Positions 20,758 through 30,317 of a stretch of 39,268 nucleotides of DNA are shown here, piece after piece. Every line of letters starts with the position of its first letter. Positions within the stretch are counted from its first letter, which is position 1. The position numbers and the translations under genes are program-made. The stretch is taken from sequence record SRR31156797_4997; one strand, written 5' to 3'. The notes under the pieces are model-generated. The model made no database searches and was not told the origin of the DNA. It saw only the letters and a program-made list of their open reading frames with translations.

Positions 20758-21231
20758 TTAGTTTTCAGAGAAAGCATTCAATAAATTGTCGATATGTGTT
20801 TCGCCCCTAATAATTTGTCTGGGCGCAGCTCCTTGTGACCTTAATAAACGTGGTACAATATCATTTGAGTGAGCAGGCAATATTTTCTTTAGAAAAACAA
20901 TAAAGCTTCTGTCAGAGAATAGATCAAACTGATACAAAATATTTTGCATTGGTTTATTAAGTAGTTGATGAAGTTTAAATTCACCCATCCATTTGGTTGG
21001 ATACAATTCAGTTTGGTCGAACATTGGAGCTGCAGTGAGTTCTAATGCTTTCTCGAAACTATTATTGAGAATAAAGAATGAGGCTAATTGTGATTGGTCA
21101 TAATCACAGGCGGTTTGAATTGCCTTGTGAAGATCCAAGAAAGTATGGTTGTGAAATACCTCAATTTCACGAAAAAATCTTTCTTTTTCCGTTGAAATAA
21201 TTGCTATTCGGTAAATCTTTTTCATAACCAA
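20758..21231 (-). CDS. pRiA4b ORF3-like / IS1096 passenger TnpR family protein
   Basis: REIEV....TFLDLHKAI...YD..QLASFF and ILYQFDLFSDRSF pattern. Confidence 0.65.
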   Translation of the reverse strand: MVMKKIYRIAIISTEKERFFREIEVFHNHTFLDLHKAIQTACDYDQSQLASFFILNNSFEKALELTAAPMFDQTELYPTKWMGEFKLHQLLNKPMQNILYQFDLFSDRSFIVFLKKILPAHSNDIVPRLLRSQGAAPRQIIRGETHIDNLLNAFSEN

Positions 21232-21234
21232 TAA

Positions 21235-22266
21235 TTATGCGCCTTTTTGCAGACCCGACAGGAATTTCATTGTATCAATATTGTCTGCATAGTCGTGCAA
21301 ATCAGGCTCCTGTGTACTACCTAAAGGTAAAGCTTTTTTAACTTTTTTACCTACTATGCATTGAATATTTTCGTTAAGAAATTGTAACTTTTTTTCAACA
21401 TTATATAGATTATCGTAAACTTCGAAATTAACAACAGAAACAGGACTATGTAATTCTTCATTTTCAATAAAAAGGATATTATCAGCTGAAATAAATGATT
21501 TTTCAATGGTTCTAAGGCGTGCTTTTTGGAATTTTAGATTGCTGGCATAAAATGGGTTTTGTAAAATCCAGTTGAAATTTTTCAATGCTATTTTTAAATG
21601 TTCTAATACCTCAATATTTGGAATATAAATTTTTGAAATATTTCTGCATCCTAAACCAAAATACATGCAAATGTCTTTTGCCAGTAGTTCATAATCTTCA
21701 TTGGTTTCATTACCATTTAAAATGGCGACACTACTTCGGTTTTTTCTTATAATTTTTGGAATATTTTTATAAGAATATTCAAAATAGCGTGCTGTATTAT
21801 TGCTTCCGGTAGCTATTAATGCTTCAATATTGATTGGGATTTTACCCACAAGGGAGATTTTTTCTTTAAATCGAGGTTCAATCCCAATTATGGCATCAAT
21901 GATAGCTGGTAATAGTTGTTTGTCTTTCCCAGACATTTTAATGATAGCGTGATGCCCACAAATAATAGTGCTTAGGAAGTCATGAAACCCAACCAAAGGG
22001 ATATTTCCTGCCATGATTATTCCAATTTTAGCAGAGGGAATATCACAATCGTAGTTTGACGTCCATTTTTCAAGCTCATTTGATTCTAACCAGGGAATAA
22101 TATTTTTGATTGCTTGTAACTCGAACTCTTTCACAAACCATGGATTTCGGTGGCTTGCTTTTTCGATTGCAGTTCTTAACCTTTCATTTGAATTTTCATC
22201 TTCAATGAAATCCTTAAGTTTAAGCGATAGTTGAGAAAGTGCTTGTATTCTGGTTTTTAGGTTCAT
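21235..22266 (-). CDS. Acyl-CoA reductase (LuxC-like)
   Basis: NPWF, IMAGNIPLVGFHD, IATGSNNTARYFEY, YFGLGCRNISK, DYADNIDTMKFL. Confidence 0.9.
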   Translation of the reverse strand: MNLKTRIQALSQLSLKLKDFIEDENSNERLRTAIEKASHRNPWFVKEFELQAIKNIIPWLESNELEKWTSNYDCDIPSAKIGIIMAGNIPLVGFHDFLSTIICGHHAIIKMSGKDKQLLPAIIDAIIGIEPRFKEKISLVGKIPINIEALIATGSNNTARYFEYSYKNIPKIIRKNRSSVAILNGNETNEDYELLAKDICMYFGLGCRNISKIYIPNIEVLEHLKIALKNFNWILQNPFYASNLKFQKARLRTIEKSFISADNILFIENEELHSPVSVVNFEVYDNLYNVEKKLQFLNENIQCIVGKKVKKALPLGSTQEPDLHDYADNIDTMKFLSGLQKGA

Positions 22267-22420
22267 TAATAGAATAAATTTTATTCAGATGAAATATTAT
22301 CTGTAAAATTACCTGAAATTCTTTTATTTATACTCCTTTCGTAACTTTTAATAAACTAAATATGTTACAAAAGGTTATATTACTAAATTTAGGGTCTTAA
22401 TTACAAAAGTAATAAGTGAT

Positions 22421-24427
22421 ATGCATTTTCCGGTTTTAATAGATCTGTTAATTATATTTTCATTGGCATTGTTGGTAAATATTATTTTCCAGAGATTTAA
22501 TGTGCCATCCATTTTAGGTTTTATTGTTGCGGGTATTTTAGCTGGACCACATGTGTTTGGTTTAGAGACAGACACTCACGATTTGGAACTGCTTTCTGAA
22601 ATCGGCATTATGCTGCTGCTATTTACCATTGGAATTGAGTTTTCACTGAAGGATTTGATGCGAATCAGAAAGACTGTTTTTGTTGGAGGAGGCGTACAGG
22701 TTACGGTTACGGGCGGATTTGTATTTCTGGCTAGTTTTTTTCTTGGATATGCATGGGAAATGTCTGTTTTCTTCGGTTTTCTAATTGCCTTAAGTAGTAC
22801 AGCTATTGTACTGAGGGTGATGCAAGAAGAAAGCATGATGACAAAGCCCTATGGGAGGGGTAGTTTAGGTATACTGATTTTTCAGGATTTAATTGTGGTA
22901 CCCATGATTATGCTTGTTCCATTTTTAGCTGGTGGAATGGATGACCCAGGTACTCAATTGCTTTGGATGTTGCTGAAAGTTATTGGTTTAATATTGTTTA
23001 CTGTATTTGGTGCCCGATATTTGGTTCCTCCTTTATTACATGCTGTTGCACGCACTCGAAAACAGGATTTTTTCATTCTAACAATTTTTATAATTGGATT
23101 TGGAGTAGCTATTTTAACAGCCCTCCTAGGACTTTCTTTAGCTTTGGGTGCTTTTCTGGCAGGACTTATTATTTCCGAAACAGAATACAATCATGAGGCA
23201 TTTGGAAATATTGTTCCATTTAGAGACATTTTCACAAGTTTCTTTTTTGTTTTAATTGGAATGTTCTTAAATCTAGATTTTATTGTAGATAATGTATGGC
23301 TTATTCTTGCATTAAGTGGAATAGTTTTAATCTTAAAAACATTCATTGCTTCTTTTGCGGCATATTTTTCAGGCTATCGAGCAGGAGTGGCATTAACAAT
23401 GGGATTAGCTCTGAGTCAGGTTGGTGAGTTTAGTATTTTATTGGCTCAAACGGGTAAACAGTATGATTTGCTACCTGATTATTACCACCAATTATTTTTA
23501 AGTGTTGCTCTTTTGACCATGGTTGTGGCTCCGTTTATTATAAAATCTATGCCCAAATGGCTGCCTGAGGTTTTACCTTCTAAGTTTTATCATCAAAGAT
23601 TGAAGGCACAAAGTGATGAACAAAGTGTGGTTAATTATAGCAAGCTCGAAAATCATCTAGTAATTATTGGTATGGGAGATAATGGCCACAATATTGCTCA
23701 TGCTGCGGAATATGCCAAAATTGATCATGTAATTATTGATAATGATGCTGATTTGGTTCAGCAAGAGAGGAAGAATGGTGAACCTATGCTTTTTGGAAAT
23801 GCTGAGAATATTGCAGTACTCAAAGAAGCCGGGGTAGAAAGAGCGGGAACGGTTGTGATATCTATCGGTAGTGCTGCTTCTACATACTCGGCATTGCAGA
23901 ATGTGAGACGATTGAATAAAAACGCTCATGTGATTGTAAGAACAAAATCCACTGGTGATTTGGAGTATTTATATAAAGCAGGGGCGAATGATGTAATTCC
24001 CAGTGAGTTTGAAACAGCTGTTGAGATTTTTACTAAAGTGCTGCATCACAACCTTGTTCCTGAAGAGGATGTTAGGCAGATGGCTGCTCATTTAAGAGAA
24101 AATGGATATGGTGTATTCAGAGACCGGGAATATGAATCTACAGCGCCATTTTTACCTAAGTTTTCTATCAGTGCAGTGCGCGTTGATAAGGACTCTAAGG
24201 TATGCAATCATTCCATTGGCGACCTTAAGAAAAATGAGATTTTTGATGAACCAATTCTTGCTATGCAACGGAAAGATGAGGTATTAACATCACCCGAAGA
24301 TAGTGTTGTTTTGCTCGAAGATGATATATTGATAGTGATGGCCAGACCAGAGGATTTAGCCTGTAAGACTTGCGTATTTGAACCTGAAGACACCACATTG
24401 ATGTCTACAGGTCAAAATAACAATTAA
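22421..24427 (+). CDS. CPA2 (KefC-like) cation:proton antiporter with TrkA-N and TrkA-C domains
   Basis: LLFTIGIEFS, ALSSTAIV, LIFQD, LGAFLAG, QVGEFS, GxGxxG (GMGDNG). Confidence 0.92.
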   Translation: MHFPVLIDLLIIFSLALLVNIIFQRFNVPSILGFIVAGILAGPHVFGLETDTHDLELLSEIGIMLLLFTIGIEFSLKDLMRIRKTVFVGGGVQVTVTGGFVFLASFFLGYAWEMSVFFGFLIALSSTAIVLRVMQEESMMTKPYGRGSLGILIFQDLIVVPMIMLVPFLAGGMDDPGTQLLWMLLKVIGLILFTVFGARYLVPPLLHAVARTRKQDFFILTIFIIGFGVAILTALLGLSLALGAFLAGLIISETEYNHEAFGNIVPFRDIFTSFFFVLIGMFLNLDFIVDNVWLILALSGIVLILKTFIASFAAYFSGYRAGVALTMGLALSQVGEFSILLAQTGKQYDLLPDYYHQLFLSVALLTMVVAPFIIKSMPKWLPEVLPSKFYHQRLKAQSDEQSVVNYSKLENHLVIIGMGDNGHNIAHAAEYAKIDHVIIDNDADLVQQERKNGEPMLFGNAENIAVLKEAGVERAGTVVISIGSAASTYSALQNVRRLNKNAHVIVRTKSTGDLEYLYKAGANDVIPSEFETAVEIFTKVLHHNLVPEEDVRQMAAHLRENGYGVFRDREYESTAPFLPKFSISAVRVDKDSKVCNHSIGDLKKNEIFDEPILAMQRKDEVLTSPEDSVVLLEDDILIVMARPEDLACKTCVFEPEDTTLMSTGQNNN

Positions 24428-24432
24428 GTATT

Positions 24433-25380
24433 TTAAATCTCTTTATCGATTAGATAAGTATTTCTGTCTGCAGCACTTCTTGATACTAATTCACCAATAA
24501 ATCCTGTAAGGAATAATTGAGTACCTAAAATCATACTTACCAGTGCAATGTAGAAATAAGGAGAATCGGTTACTAATCTTGCTGGTATAGAGTTGAATAC
24601 GCAATATAGTTTATGAGCTCCTAACCATACAATGGCAATAAAACCGATGAAAAACATCAGTGTGCCAAGTGTACCAAAAAGGTGCATTGGTTTTTTTCCA
24701 AATCTGGTTATGAATACAATTGACATTAAATCAAGGAATCCATTTATGAATCTTTCCAATCCAAATTTAGTTACTCCATATTTACGTGCACGGTGCTGAA
24801 CTACTTTTTCTCCAATATTTGAAAATCCTGCTTGTTTAGCAAGAACAGGTATATAGCGGTGCATTTCACCATAAACCTCAATGCTCTTCACAACATCTTT
24901 TTTGTAAGCCTTTAAACCACAATTGAAATCGTGTAGTTTAATTTTAGTGGCTTTTCGAGCGGTCCAGTTAAAGAATTTACTTGGAATAGTTTTAGAAATG
25001 GGATCGTAACGCTTTTTCTTCCAACCGGATATCATATCAAAACCATCTTTCATGATCATATTGTAAAGGTCTGGTATTTCATCCGGACTATCTTGCAAGT
25101 CGGCATCCATTGTAATTACTACATCGCCTTCAGCTGCGTCAAAACCAGTGTGCAATGCGGCAGATTTACCATAATTACGTTTGAATTTTATACCGCGCAC
25201 AGAACCGTATGTCTCCGCTAGTTTTTCAATTTCCTCCCATGATTTATCCTTACTACCATCGTCAACCAGAATAACCTCGTAACTAAAATTATTGTCATAC
25301 ATTACTTTGTTAATCCAGTCAACCAATTCTGGAAGGCTTTCTTCTTCATTATAGAGCGGAACTACTACTGATATATTCAT
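24433..25380 (-). CDS. Glycosyltransferase family 2 (DPM/ArnC-like)
   Basis: Start moved to ATG 25380 (MNISVVVPLYNEEESL). VDDGSKD, NYGKSAAL, MDADLQD, HDFNCGLK, GEMHRYIP; two C-terminal TM helices. Confidence 0.93.
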   Translation of the reverse strand: MNISVVVPLYNEEESLPELVDWINKVMYDNNFSYEVILVDDGSKDKSWEEIEKLAETYGSVRGIKFKRNYGKSAALHTGFDAAEGDVVITMDADLQDSPDEIPDLYNMIMKDGFDMISGWKKKRYDPISKTIPSKFFNWTARKATKIKLHDFNCGLKAYKKDVVKSIEVYGEMHRYIPVLAKQAGFSNIGEKVVQHRARKYGVTKFGLERFINGFLDLMSIVFITRFGKKPMHLFGTLGTLMFFIGFIAIVWLGAHKLYCVFNSIPARLVTDSPYFYIALVSMILGTQLFLTGFIGELVSRSAADRNTYLIDKEI

Positions 25381-25384
25381 TGTG

Positions 25385-25981
25385 TTAATCTTTTTGATCT
25401 TGTTGTGAAGTGCTGTTATCGTTAATTTCTGACATTGATTTTGCAAATGGATCTTTTAAGTTTGACTTAACACGAAAAACTGCTGCTGTAATAAACGATA
25501 CAAGCGCACCAAAAATTGCATTCGATAAGATGCCTGAAATTGCTATGTTAAAAGGAGTTAATGACTGGAGTTCAGTTGCAATCATGTCGTCAGTATACAT
25601 TTCTCTACCTGCTAACTCATTCATTAAATAGAAATTCTTTTCAGTAAGCTTTTTTAAATTCATTAAGGCTTCATCAGACATATATTCATAATAAGCGAAA
25701 AGAAAAAATTTGCCAATAAATGCAGCAAATATGGCTAGAAAAAGACCAACCTGAAATGCTTTCCAATAAGGAAAATAATTTGGTGCTTCGGTCGCTCTGT
25801 ATTTACGTGTGAAAAAAATAATTCCCGCAACCATTATTAAAATATTAAGGTATTGAGAAAAATCACCTTCGGTATGAAGACTTCCTTTCATTAAATGGAC
25901 TAAAAGATAGGATAAAATAAATCCAAGTCCGATAATTGCACCATTTTTTGCAGTAAAGCTAGTAATCGTATTTTTGCTCAT
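25385..25981 (-). CDS. DUF4199-like membrane protein
   Basis: Four hydrophobic helices, KAFQVG motif, typical position upstream of this GT2; likely start ATG 25981. Confidence 0.65.
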   Translation of the reverse strand: MSKNTITSFTAKNGAIIGLGFILSYLLVHLMKGSLHTEGDFSQYLNILIMVAGIIFFTRKYRATEAPNYFPYWKAFQVGLFLAIFAAFIGKFFLFAYYEYMSDEALMNLKKLTEKNFYLMNELAGREMYTDDMIATELQSLTPFNIAISGILSNAIFGALVSFITAAVFRVKSNLKDPFAKSMSEINDNSTSQQDQKD

Positions 25982-26060
25982 AATCAGTGTGTTCAATGAT
26001 AATAAACTGCGTTATCGCACGCAAAGATACAAGTTTTCTAGAGAAAATAAGCTTGAATGG

Positions 26061-26091
26061 TTTGCAATATAAAACGAATTTTCTACTTTTG
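26061..26091 (+). promoter_or_regulatory. Bacteroidota sigma-70 promoter for the SRP RNA
   Basis: TTTG (26061-64), 19-nt spacer, TACTTTTG (26084-91), just before the RNA 5' end. Confidence 0.8.
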
Positions 26092-26097
26092 CACTCC

Positions 26098-26196
26098 GGG
26101 GCAAGTCTCATACGACCAGCTCCTGCTGAACTCCCCCAGGTCCGGAAGGAAGCAAGGGTAGGCGGTTGAGCGGTGCGATGTGAGTCGCTTGCCCTC
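26098..26196 (+). ncRNA. ffs: Signal recognition particle RNA (small, 4.5S)
   Basis: Conserved CAGGTCCGGAAGGAAGCA core; terminal pairing GGGCAAG / CTTGCCC; T run after. Confidence 0.95.
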
Positions 26197-26216
26197 TTTT
26201 TATGGGCTTTTCTGAC

Positions 26217-26663
26217 TTATTTCTCCCTATGATCTTCGTAGATTTTATTGACAATTCTCCAACCTTCTTTAAATTTATAAAGTGCAAGGTAATCTGTAAA
26301 TATTTTCACATCATTTTGGTAAAGCTCAACTTTTGCTATGGCGGCACTGCCAGTTACGTCAATCATTGGGTATTTTGAAGTGGTTGCAGGTCTTTCAGGT
26401 TGATCCTTTTTCATTCTGCGTTGCTCACTCAATTGAAGCCAAGAATAAATAGGGAATTTAGTCAGCATATTGTTTTGCATTCCTAGTAAATTGAATCCTT
26501 CATGAAATGATTTGGCAGTTACCGTTAAATCACCATTATTGTGAAGTCCTTTCACATATCCTTCTTCAATGACCTTTTTAATTATTGCTTTATCATCTTG
26601 TGCATTTGCAATTGAAATGGTAAATAAAGCTGCTACTGTTAGAAAAATAATTCTGAGTTTCAT
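26217..26663 (-). CDS. Secreted NTF2-like (lumazine-binding-like) protein
   Basis: Start moved to ATG 26663 (signal peptide ending ANAQ). IDVTGSAAIAKVE, FTDYLALYK...WRIVNKIY. Confidence 0.8.
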   Translation of the reverse strand: MKLRIIFLTVAALFTISIANAQDDKAIIKKVIEEGYVKGLHNNGDLTVTAKSFHEGFNLLGMQNNMLTKFPIYSWLQLSEQRRMKKDQPERPATTSKYPMIDVTGSAAIAKVELYQNDVKIFTDYLALYKFKEGWRIVNKIYEDHREK

Positions 26664-26962
26664 AGTCTTATTAGATTGATGTGCTATCAAATTTATATAA
26701 TATTTTTCTGTCCATAAAAAACAATTCAATTTTGTCCGAAATTGATCATTGTGAACATATGTTCGTAATTTATATTCAATATAAACTGTCTACAATAATG
26801 ATAAGAATTAATATAAAATTCAGAAAATAAATCTATTATAAATATTAATAATTTCACATTTTTAACTCTTTATCTCTAAACATCCAGATAATTAAGTATC
26901 AGAAAGCTTCGATATGTTTTTTATTGATAGTAATTTTGTAGCGTAATTTAAAACAAATTGAA

Positions 26963-28318
26963 ATGTCTAAATACGATGTAATTATTTTAGGTAAAGGCCC
27001 GGCTGGAATTATTGCCGGAGTGACAGCTAAAAAGCAAAATCCTGATAAATCCATTTTGTTAATTGGAGAAGAAGAAAAAGGGTTGGTGCCCTGTGGAATT
27101 CCTTATGTTTTTCACCGATTAGATGATGTGAGTAAAAATGCTATGGGTCCTAAACCATTTGTTGACGCAGGTGGTGAAGTATTAATTGATACTGCTACTG
27201 ATGTATGCTATGATACTAAAACAGTTGGTTTGAAGTCGGGTAAAAAATTAGAGTTTGAGCGTTTAGTTTTTGCTACAGGTTCTGAACCGGTAATTCCAAA
27301 ATTTATAGAAGGATATGATTTAGATGGTATTCATTACATTAAGAAAAGCTACAGTTATATCGAAAAGCTTCATAAAGAAGCCTCAAAAGCTAAAAATATT
27401 GTAGTAATTGGAGGTGGATTTATTGGCGCTGAGGTAGCTGAGCAAATGCATTTGCACGGAAATAGTAAAGTTACACTAGTTGAGCTAGAAAATCAGTGTT
27501 TTAGTAAGGCATTTTCACGTGAGTTGGCAGTTGTTGCAACTGAAAAACTTCGTGAAACCGGATTGACAGTTCATACTGCAACCAGGGTTGAAAAAATAGA
27601 AGGAAAAGATGGAAAAGTAGCAGCTGTAGTAACAGATAAAGCTGGATCTATTGAGGCTGACATGGTAATTATGTCTATTGGATACAAACCAAATACAGAG
27701 CTTGCAAAAAAATCCGGATTAGAATTAAACAGTATTGGAGCAATACGCATCGATAATTTTGGTCGTACAACCAAAGATAAAGTTTATGCAGTTGGAGATT
27801 GTGCCGGAACCATAGGTTTTTTAACCGGTCGTGAAGATAATATTATGCTGGCTTCAACAGCAACTGCTGAGGCTCGTATTCTTGGATATAATATGTTTGG
27901 AATCAAAATTAAACGTTGTTTTTCAGGCACTTTAGGAATATTCTCAACAGAAGTAAACGGTTTTTCAATGGCTTCGGCCGGAGTAAATGAAAATACTGCT
28001 GATGAGGCTGGTGTTGAATACTTAACTGCAAAGTTTAGTGATGTTGATCGTCACCCGGGTACACTTGATGATACTATGCCTCTAACAGTACGTTTGTTTG
28101 CAAGTGTTTCTGATGGTAGTATACTTGGAGGTGAAGTATGGGGAGGAAAATCTTCTGGTGAAATCATCAATACCATAGGACTAGCCATTCAGAAAAGAGT
28201 GACAGTGTACGAATTAGTGTCATTCCAAATTGGAACACATCCATTACTTACAACTGCTCCTACTAAAAATGTTTTAATTAAAGCTGCTGAGGGAATTATT
28301 GCCCAGTTGCATAAATAA
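26963..28318 (+). CDS. FAD-dependent pyridine nucleotide-disulfide oxidoreductase (NADH oxidase / CoA-disulfide reductase-like)
   Basis: GxGxxG, single redox Cys in PCGIPY, ATGS, VVIGGGFIGAE, YAVGDCA, THP. Confidence 0.9.
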   Translation: MSKYDVIILGKGPAGIIAGVTAKKQNPDKSILLIGEEEKGLVPCGIPYVFHRLDDVSKNAMGPKPFVDAGGEVLIDTATDVCYDTKTVGLKSGKKLEFERLVFATGSEPVIPKFIEGYDLDGIHYIKKSYSYIEKLHKEASKAKNIVVIGGGFIGAEVAEQMHLHGNSKVTLVELENQCFSKAFSRELAVVATEKLRETGLTVHTATRVEKIEGKDGKVAAVVTDKAGSIEADMVIMSIGYKPNTELAKKSGLELNSIGAIRIDNFGRTTKDKVYAVGDCAGTIGFLTGREDNIMLASTATAEARILGYNMFGIKIKRCFSGTLGIFSTEVNGFSMASAGVNENTADEAGVEYLTAKFSDVDRHPGTLDDTMPLTVRLFASVSDGSILGGEVWGGKSSGEIINTIGLAIQKRVTVYELVSFQIGTHPLLTTAPTKNVLIKAAEGIIAQLHK

Positions 28319-28337
28319 GTAGACAATTGTTATTAAC

Positions 28338-28375
28338 AAAAAGTGGCTGTCACACTACAAACAGCCGCTTTTTTT
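28338..28375. terminator. Probably bidirectional intrinsic terminator
   Basis: AAAAAGTGGCTGT-loop-ACAGCCGCTTTTTTT between convergent genes. Confidence 0.75.
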
Positions 28376-28414
28376 ATTTTTTATAAATAGTAATTGAAAT
28401 AATATTAAGAATGA

Positions 28415-28846
28415 CTATTTATTTTCACCCCCATGTGTTTTCAGTAAATCTTTTATTTCTTCCTGAAAAGTAGTTTTTTGATGTAGCTCTTCTTGTTTCT
28501 TTATAAATTCAATGAGATTACTTTTCTCTTTAAATGAATGCGAAAAAGCATAATACCCATCCTGCCAACCGGCAAATTCTGGAAAAATGCGGCTTTCCTC
28601 AATAAAAGTAGTTGTAGATTGTTGTATATCTTTTATCAAAGCATCTAATGGCACCAGAGGTTGTAATTGGATAGCCAGATGCACGTGGTTAGCTGTTCCA
28701 TTGATCCGGTAAAGCTCACAATTCCGGTTTTTTAATATTTCCCAAATGTATTTAAATAGAATACGCTGGCCATTATTTGTAATGGTTTCTTCCTGACTAA
28801 ATGTACTAAATACTATATGATAAATACTTTGTGATATAACTGCCAT
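28415..28846 (-). CDS. IS200/IS605 Y1 (TnpA)-family protein lacking the catalytic Tyr
   Basis: YHIVFST, HUH motif NHVH, WQDGY.AFS, but FIKKQ where the family has YIxxQ. Confidence 0.82.
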   Translation of the reverse strand: MAVISQSIYHIVFSTFSQEETITNNGQRILFKYIWEILKNRNCELYRINGTANHVHLAIQLQPLVPLDALIKDIQQSTTTFIEESRIFPEFAGWQDGYYAFSHSFKEKSNLIEFIKKQEELHQKTTFQEEIKDLLKTHGGENK

Positions 28847-28908
28847 TTTTAATTTGATTTTGTAAAATGATAAACAAAACTATTAAATATGTTTGTATGA
28901 AGTAGAAA

Positions 28909-29718
28909 TCATAGTCTTTTTTTAATATTTTCCATATCCGTTTTTAATTGTGAGATCGTTGCAATGATATCCTTTTGTGGAAGATGTGGTGCCGGCATTT
29001 CCGGGCTTATGAAATGTACAAATTTCCATACCTCAATAATTTCGTTTACATGCATTTCATATGGTTCATAAAGTGTGTTGAGTGAATGGAGTTTGAACGA
29101 CTGCTTGCTATCAAGTAAGTTTTCAGCTATTTTAAATACAATTCCTTCGTCGCGGGTAATGAAAATACAAGGAGTATTACTGTGTATGTTTGTCCAGTCC
29201 TGAATGTACTCGCCGGTAATCCATGCTCCTTCGGGAACCGGAAGCATAGAATCACCACTTACCTGAAAGGTACGGTATTTTTTTTGTCTATCCAGAAATG
29301 GCAGATTAAACACTGGTAGTTCACTGATGTACTCCGGATCGGCATATCCACTTGTATAACCGGCTTTGGCTTTTTCCGGTACGAGCTCTATGTTTTCATT
29401 ATTGTCACTGTTGATGGTTGTCGTGAGCACCCGCAAACGGCTTCCTTTTACAAAAGTATCAAAACCCCGCTCCAGTTCCGATAATTGACTTTCAGACAAT
29501 CCGGAAAGATCAATTCTGATAAGTGTGTCGATGGCAATTTCGAAATAATCTCCGAATTTCATCAGCGCATTTAATCCAGGTGAAGCTACTCCATTTTCAT
29601 ATCCGCTTAAAGTTGATCGCTTCATGCCTAAGGCTGAGGCTACTTCGTCTTGAGTGCGCTTCCGACGCTTCCGAAGCAACTTAATATTTTGTGCAAAATA
29701 TGTGCTTTCAGTTTGCAT
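28909..29718 (-). CDS. XRE-HTH + S24 peptidase repressor (non-canonical LexA / phage-CI-like)
   Basis: N-terminal HTH (TQDEVA..LGMKRSTLSGYENG), A-G cleavage-type site (KAKAGY), SGDSM Ser, VFK Lys. Confidence 0.92.
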   Translation of the reverse strand: MQTESTYFAQNIKLLRKRRKRTQDEVASALGMKRSTLSGYENGVASPGLNALMKFGDYFEIAIDTLIRIDLSGLSESQLSELERGFDTFVKGSRLRVLTTTINSDNNENIELVPEKAKAGYTSGYADPEYISELPVFNLPFLDRQKKYRTFQVSGDSMLPVPEGAWITGEYIQDWTNIHSNTPCIFITRDEGIVFKIAENLLDSKQSFKLHSLNTLYEPYEMHVNEIIEVWKFVHFISPEMPAPHLPQKDIIATISQLKTDMENIKKRL

Positions 29719-29727
29719 ATAAAATCT

Positions 29728-29775
29728 AATTTGATTATATTATAATCGTAAAAATGATTAAAAACTAATCAAATT
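29728..29775. promoter_or_regulatory. Tandem palindromic operator candidates in the divergent promoter
   Basis: TGATTA-N5-TAATCG (29732-48) and TGATTA-N5-TAATCA (29755-71); outer perfect inverted repeat AATTTGATTA / TAATCAAATT. Confidence 0.65.
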
Positions 29776-29786
29776 TAAATAGAAAA

Positions 29787-29810
29787 GTTTCAAGTTCCAA
29801 GTCTCAAGTT
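29787..29810 (+). repeat. Heptamer array, left arm
   Basis: GTTTCAA GTTCCAA GTCTCAA GTT. Confidence 0.8.
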
Positions 29811-29846
29811 ATAAAAAATGGAAGTTTTAATATAAAATTTAAAAAT

Positions 29847-30239
29847 ATGGCAACAATTACTCGTTTTGAAGATTTAGAAACATGGCAGTTGGCCAGAGAA
29901 ATATGTAGAGTGGTTTATAAATTTACAATGCTTGATTTTTTTTCAAAAGATTTTTCATTGAAAGACCAGGTGCGTAGGTCGAGTGGTTCCATTATGGATA
30001 ATATTGCAGAGGGATTTGAGAGGGATGGCAGAAAAGAATTTCGACAATACTTATCAATTGCGAAAGCATCTTGTGGAGAAACAAGATCACAATTGTACAG
30101 AGCCTTTGATCAAAAATATATTTCAAAACAGCAGTTTGATTTATTATATGAAATGCTAGTTACTGAAAGTAAAAAGATAAGCGCTTTTATAGAATACCTG
30201 CAGCAATCTGAATTCAAAGGAACTAAATATAGAACCTGA
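29847..30239 (+). CDS. Four-helix-bundle protein (23S rRNA IVS protein / Avd-like family)
   Basis: FEDLETWQLA, LKDQVRRSSGSIMDNIAEGFER, EF..YLSIAKASCGETRSQL. Confidence 0.93.
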   Translation: MATITRFEDLETWQLAREICRVVYKFTMLDFFSKDFSLKDQVRRSSGSIMDNIAEGFERDGRKEFRQYLSIAKASCGETRSQLYRAFDQKYISKQQFDLLYEMLVTESKKISAFIEYLQQSEFKGTKYRT

Positions 30240-30254
30240 ATTGAATTGAATTGC

Positions 30255-30317
30255 AACCTGAAACCTGAAACCTGAAACTTGTAACCTGAAACTTGTAACG
30301 TGAAACTTGAAACTCGA
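30255..30317 (+). repeat. Heptamer array, right arm (9 units)
   Basis: AACCTGA x3, AACTTGT, AACCTGA, AACTTGT, AACGTGA, AACTTGA, AACTCGA. Confidence 0.92.

Noticed and set aside
20758-21231. Mobile element implied by the IS1096 passenger/TnpR family name
   Set aside because: No transposase or inverted repeats nearby; the gene sits within a housekeeping gene string.
25987-26169. 60-aa ORF from the track
   Set aside because: It overlaps the SRP RNA and its promoter.
29847-30239. Diversity-generating retroelement, suggested by the Avd-like protein
   Set aside because: No reverse transcriptase and no TR/VR pair were seen. The two T9SS paralogs are too diverged and their differences are not adenine-specific.
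29787-30317. 23S rRNA gene with an intervening sequence
   Set aside because: The flanks are protein-coding; no rRNA sequence is present.
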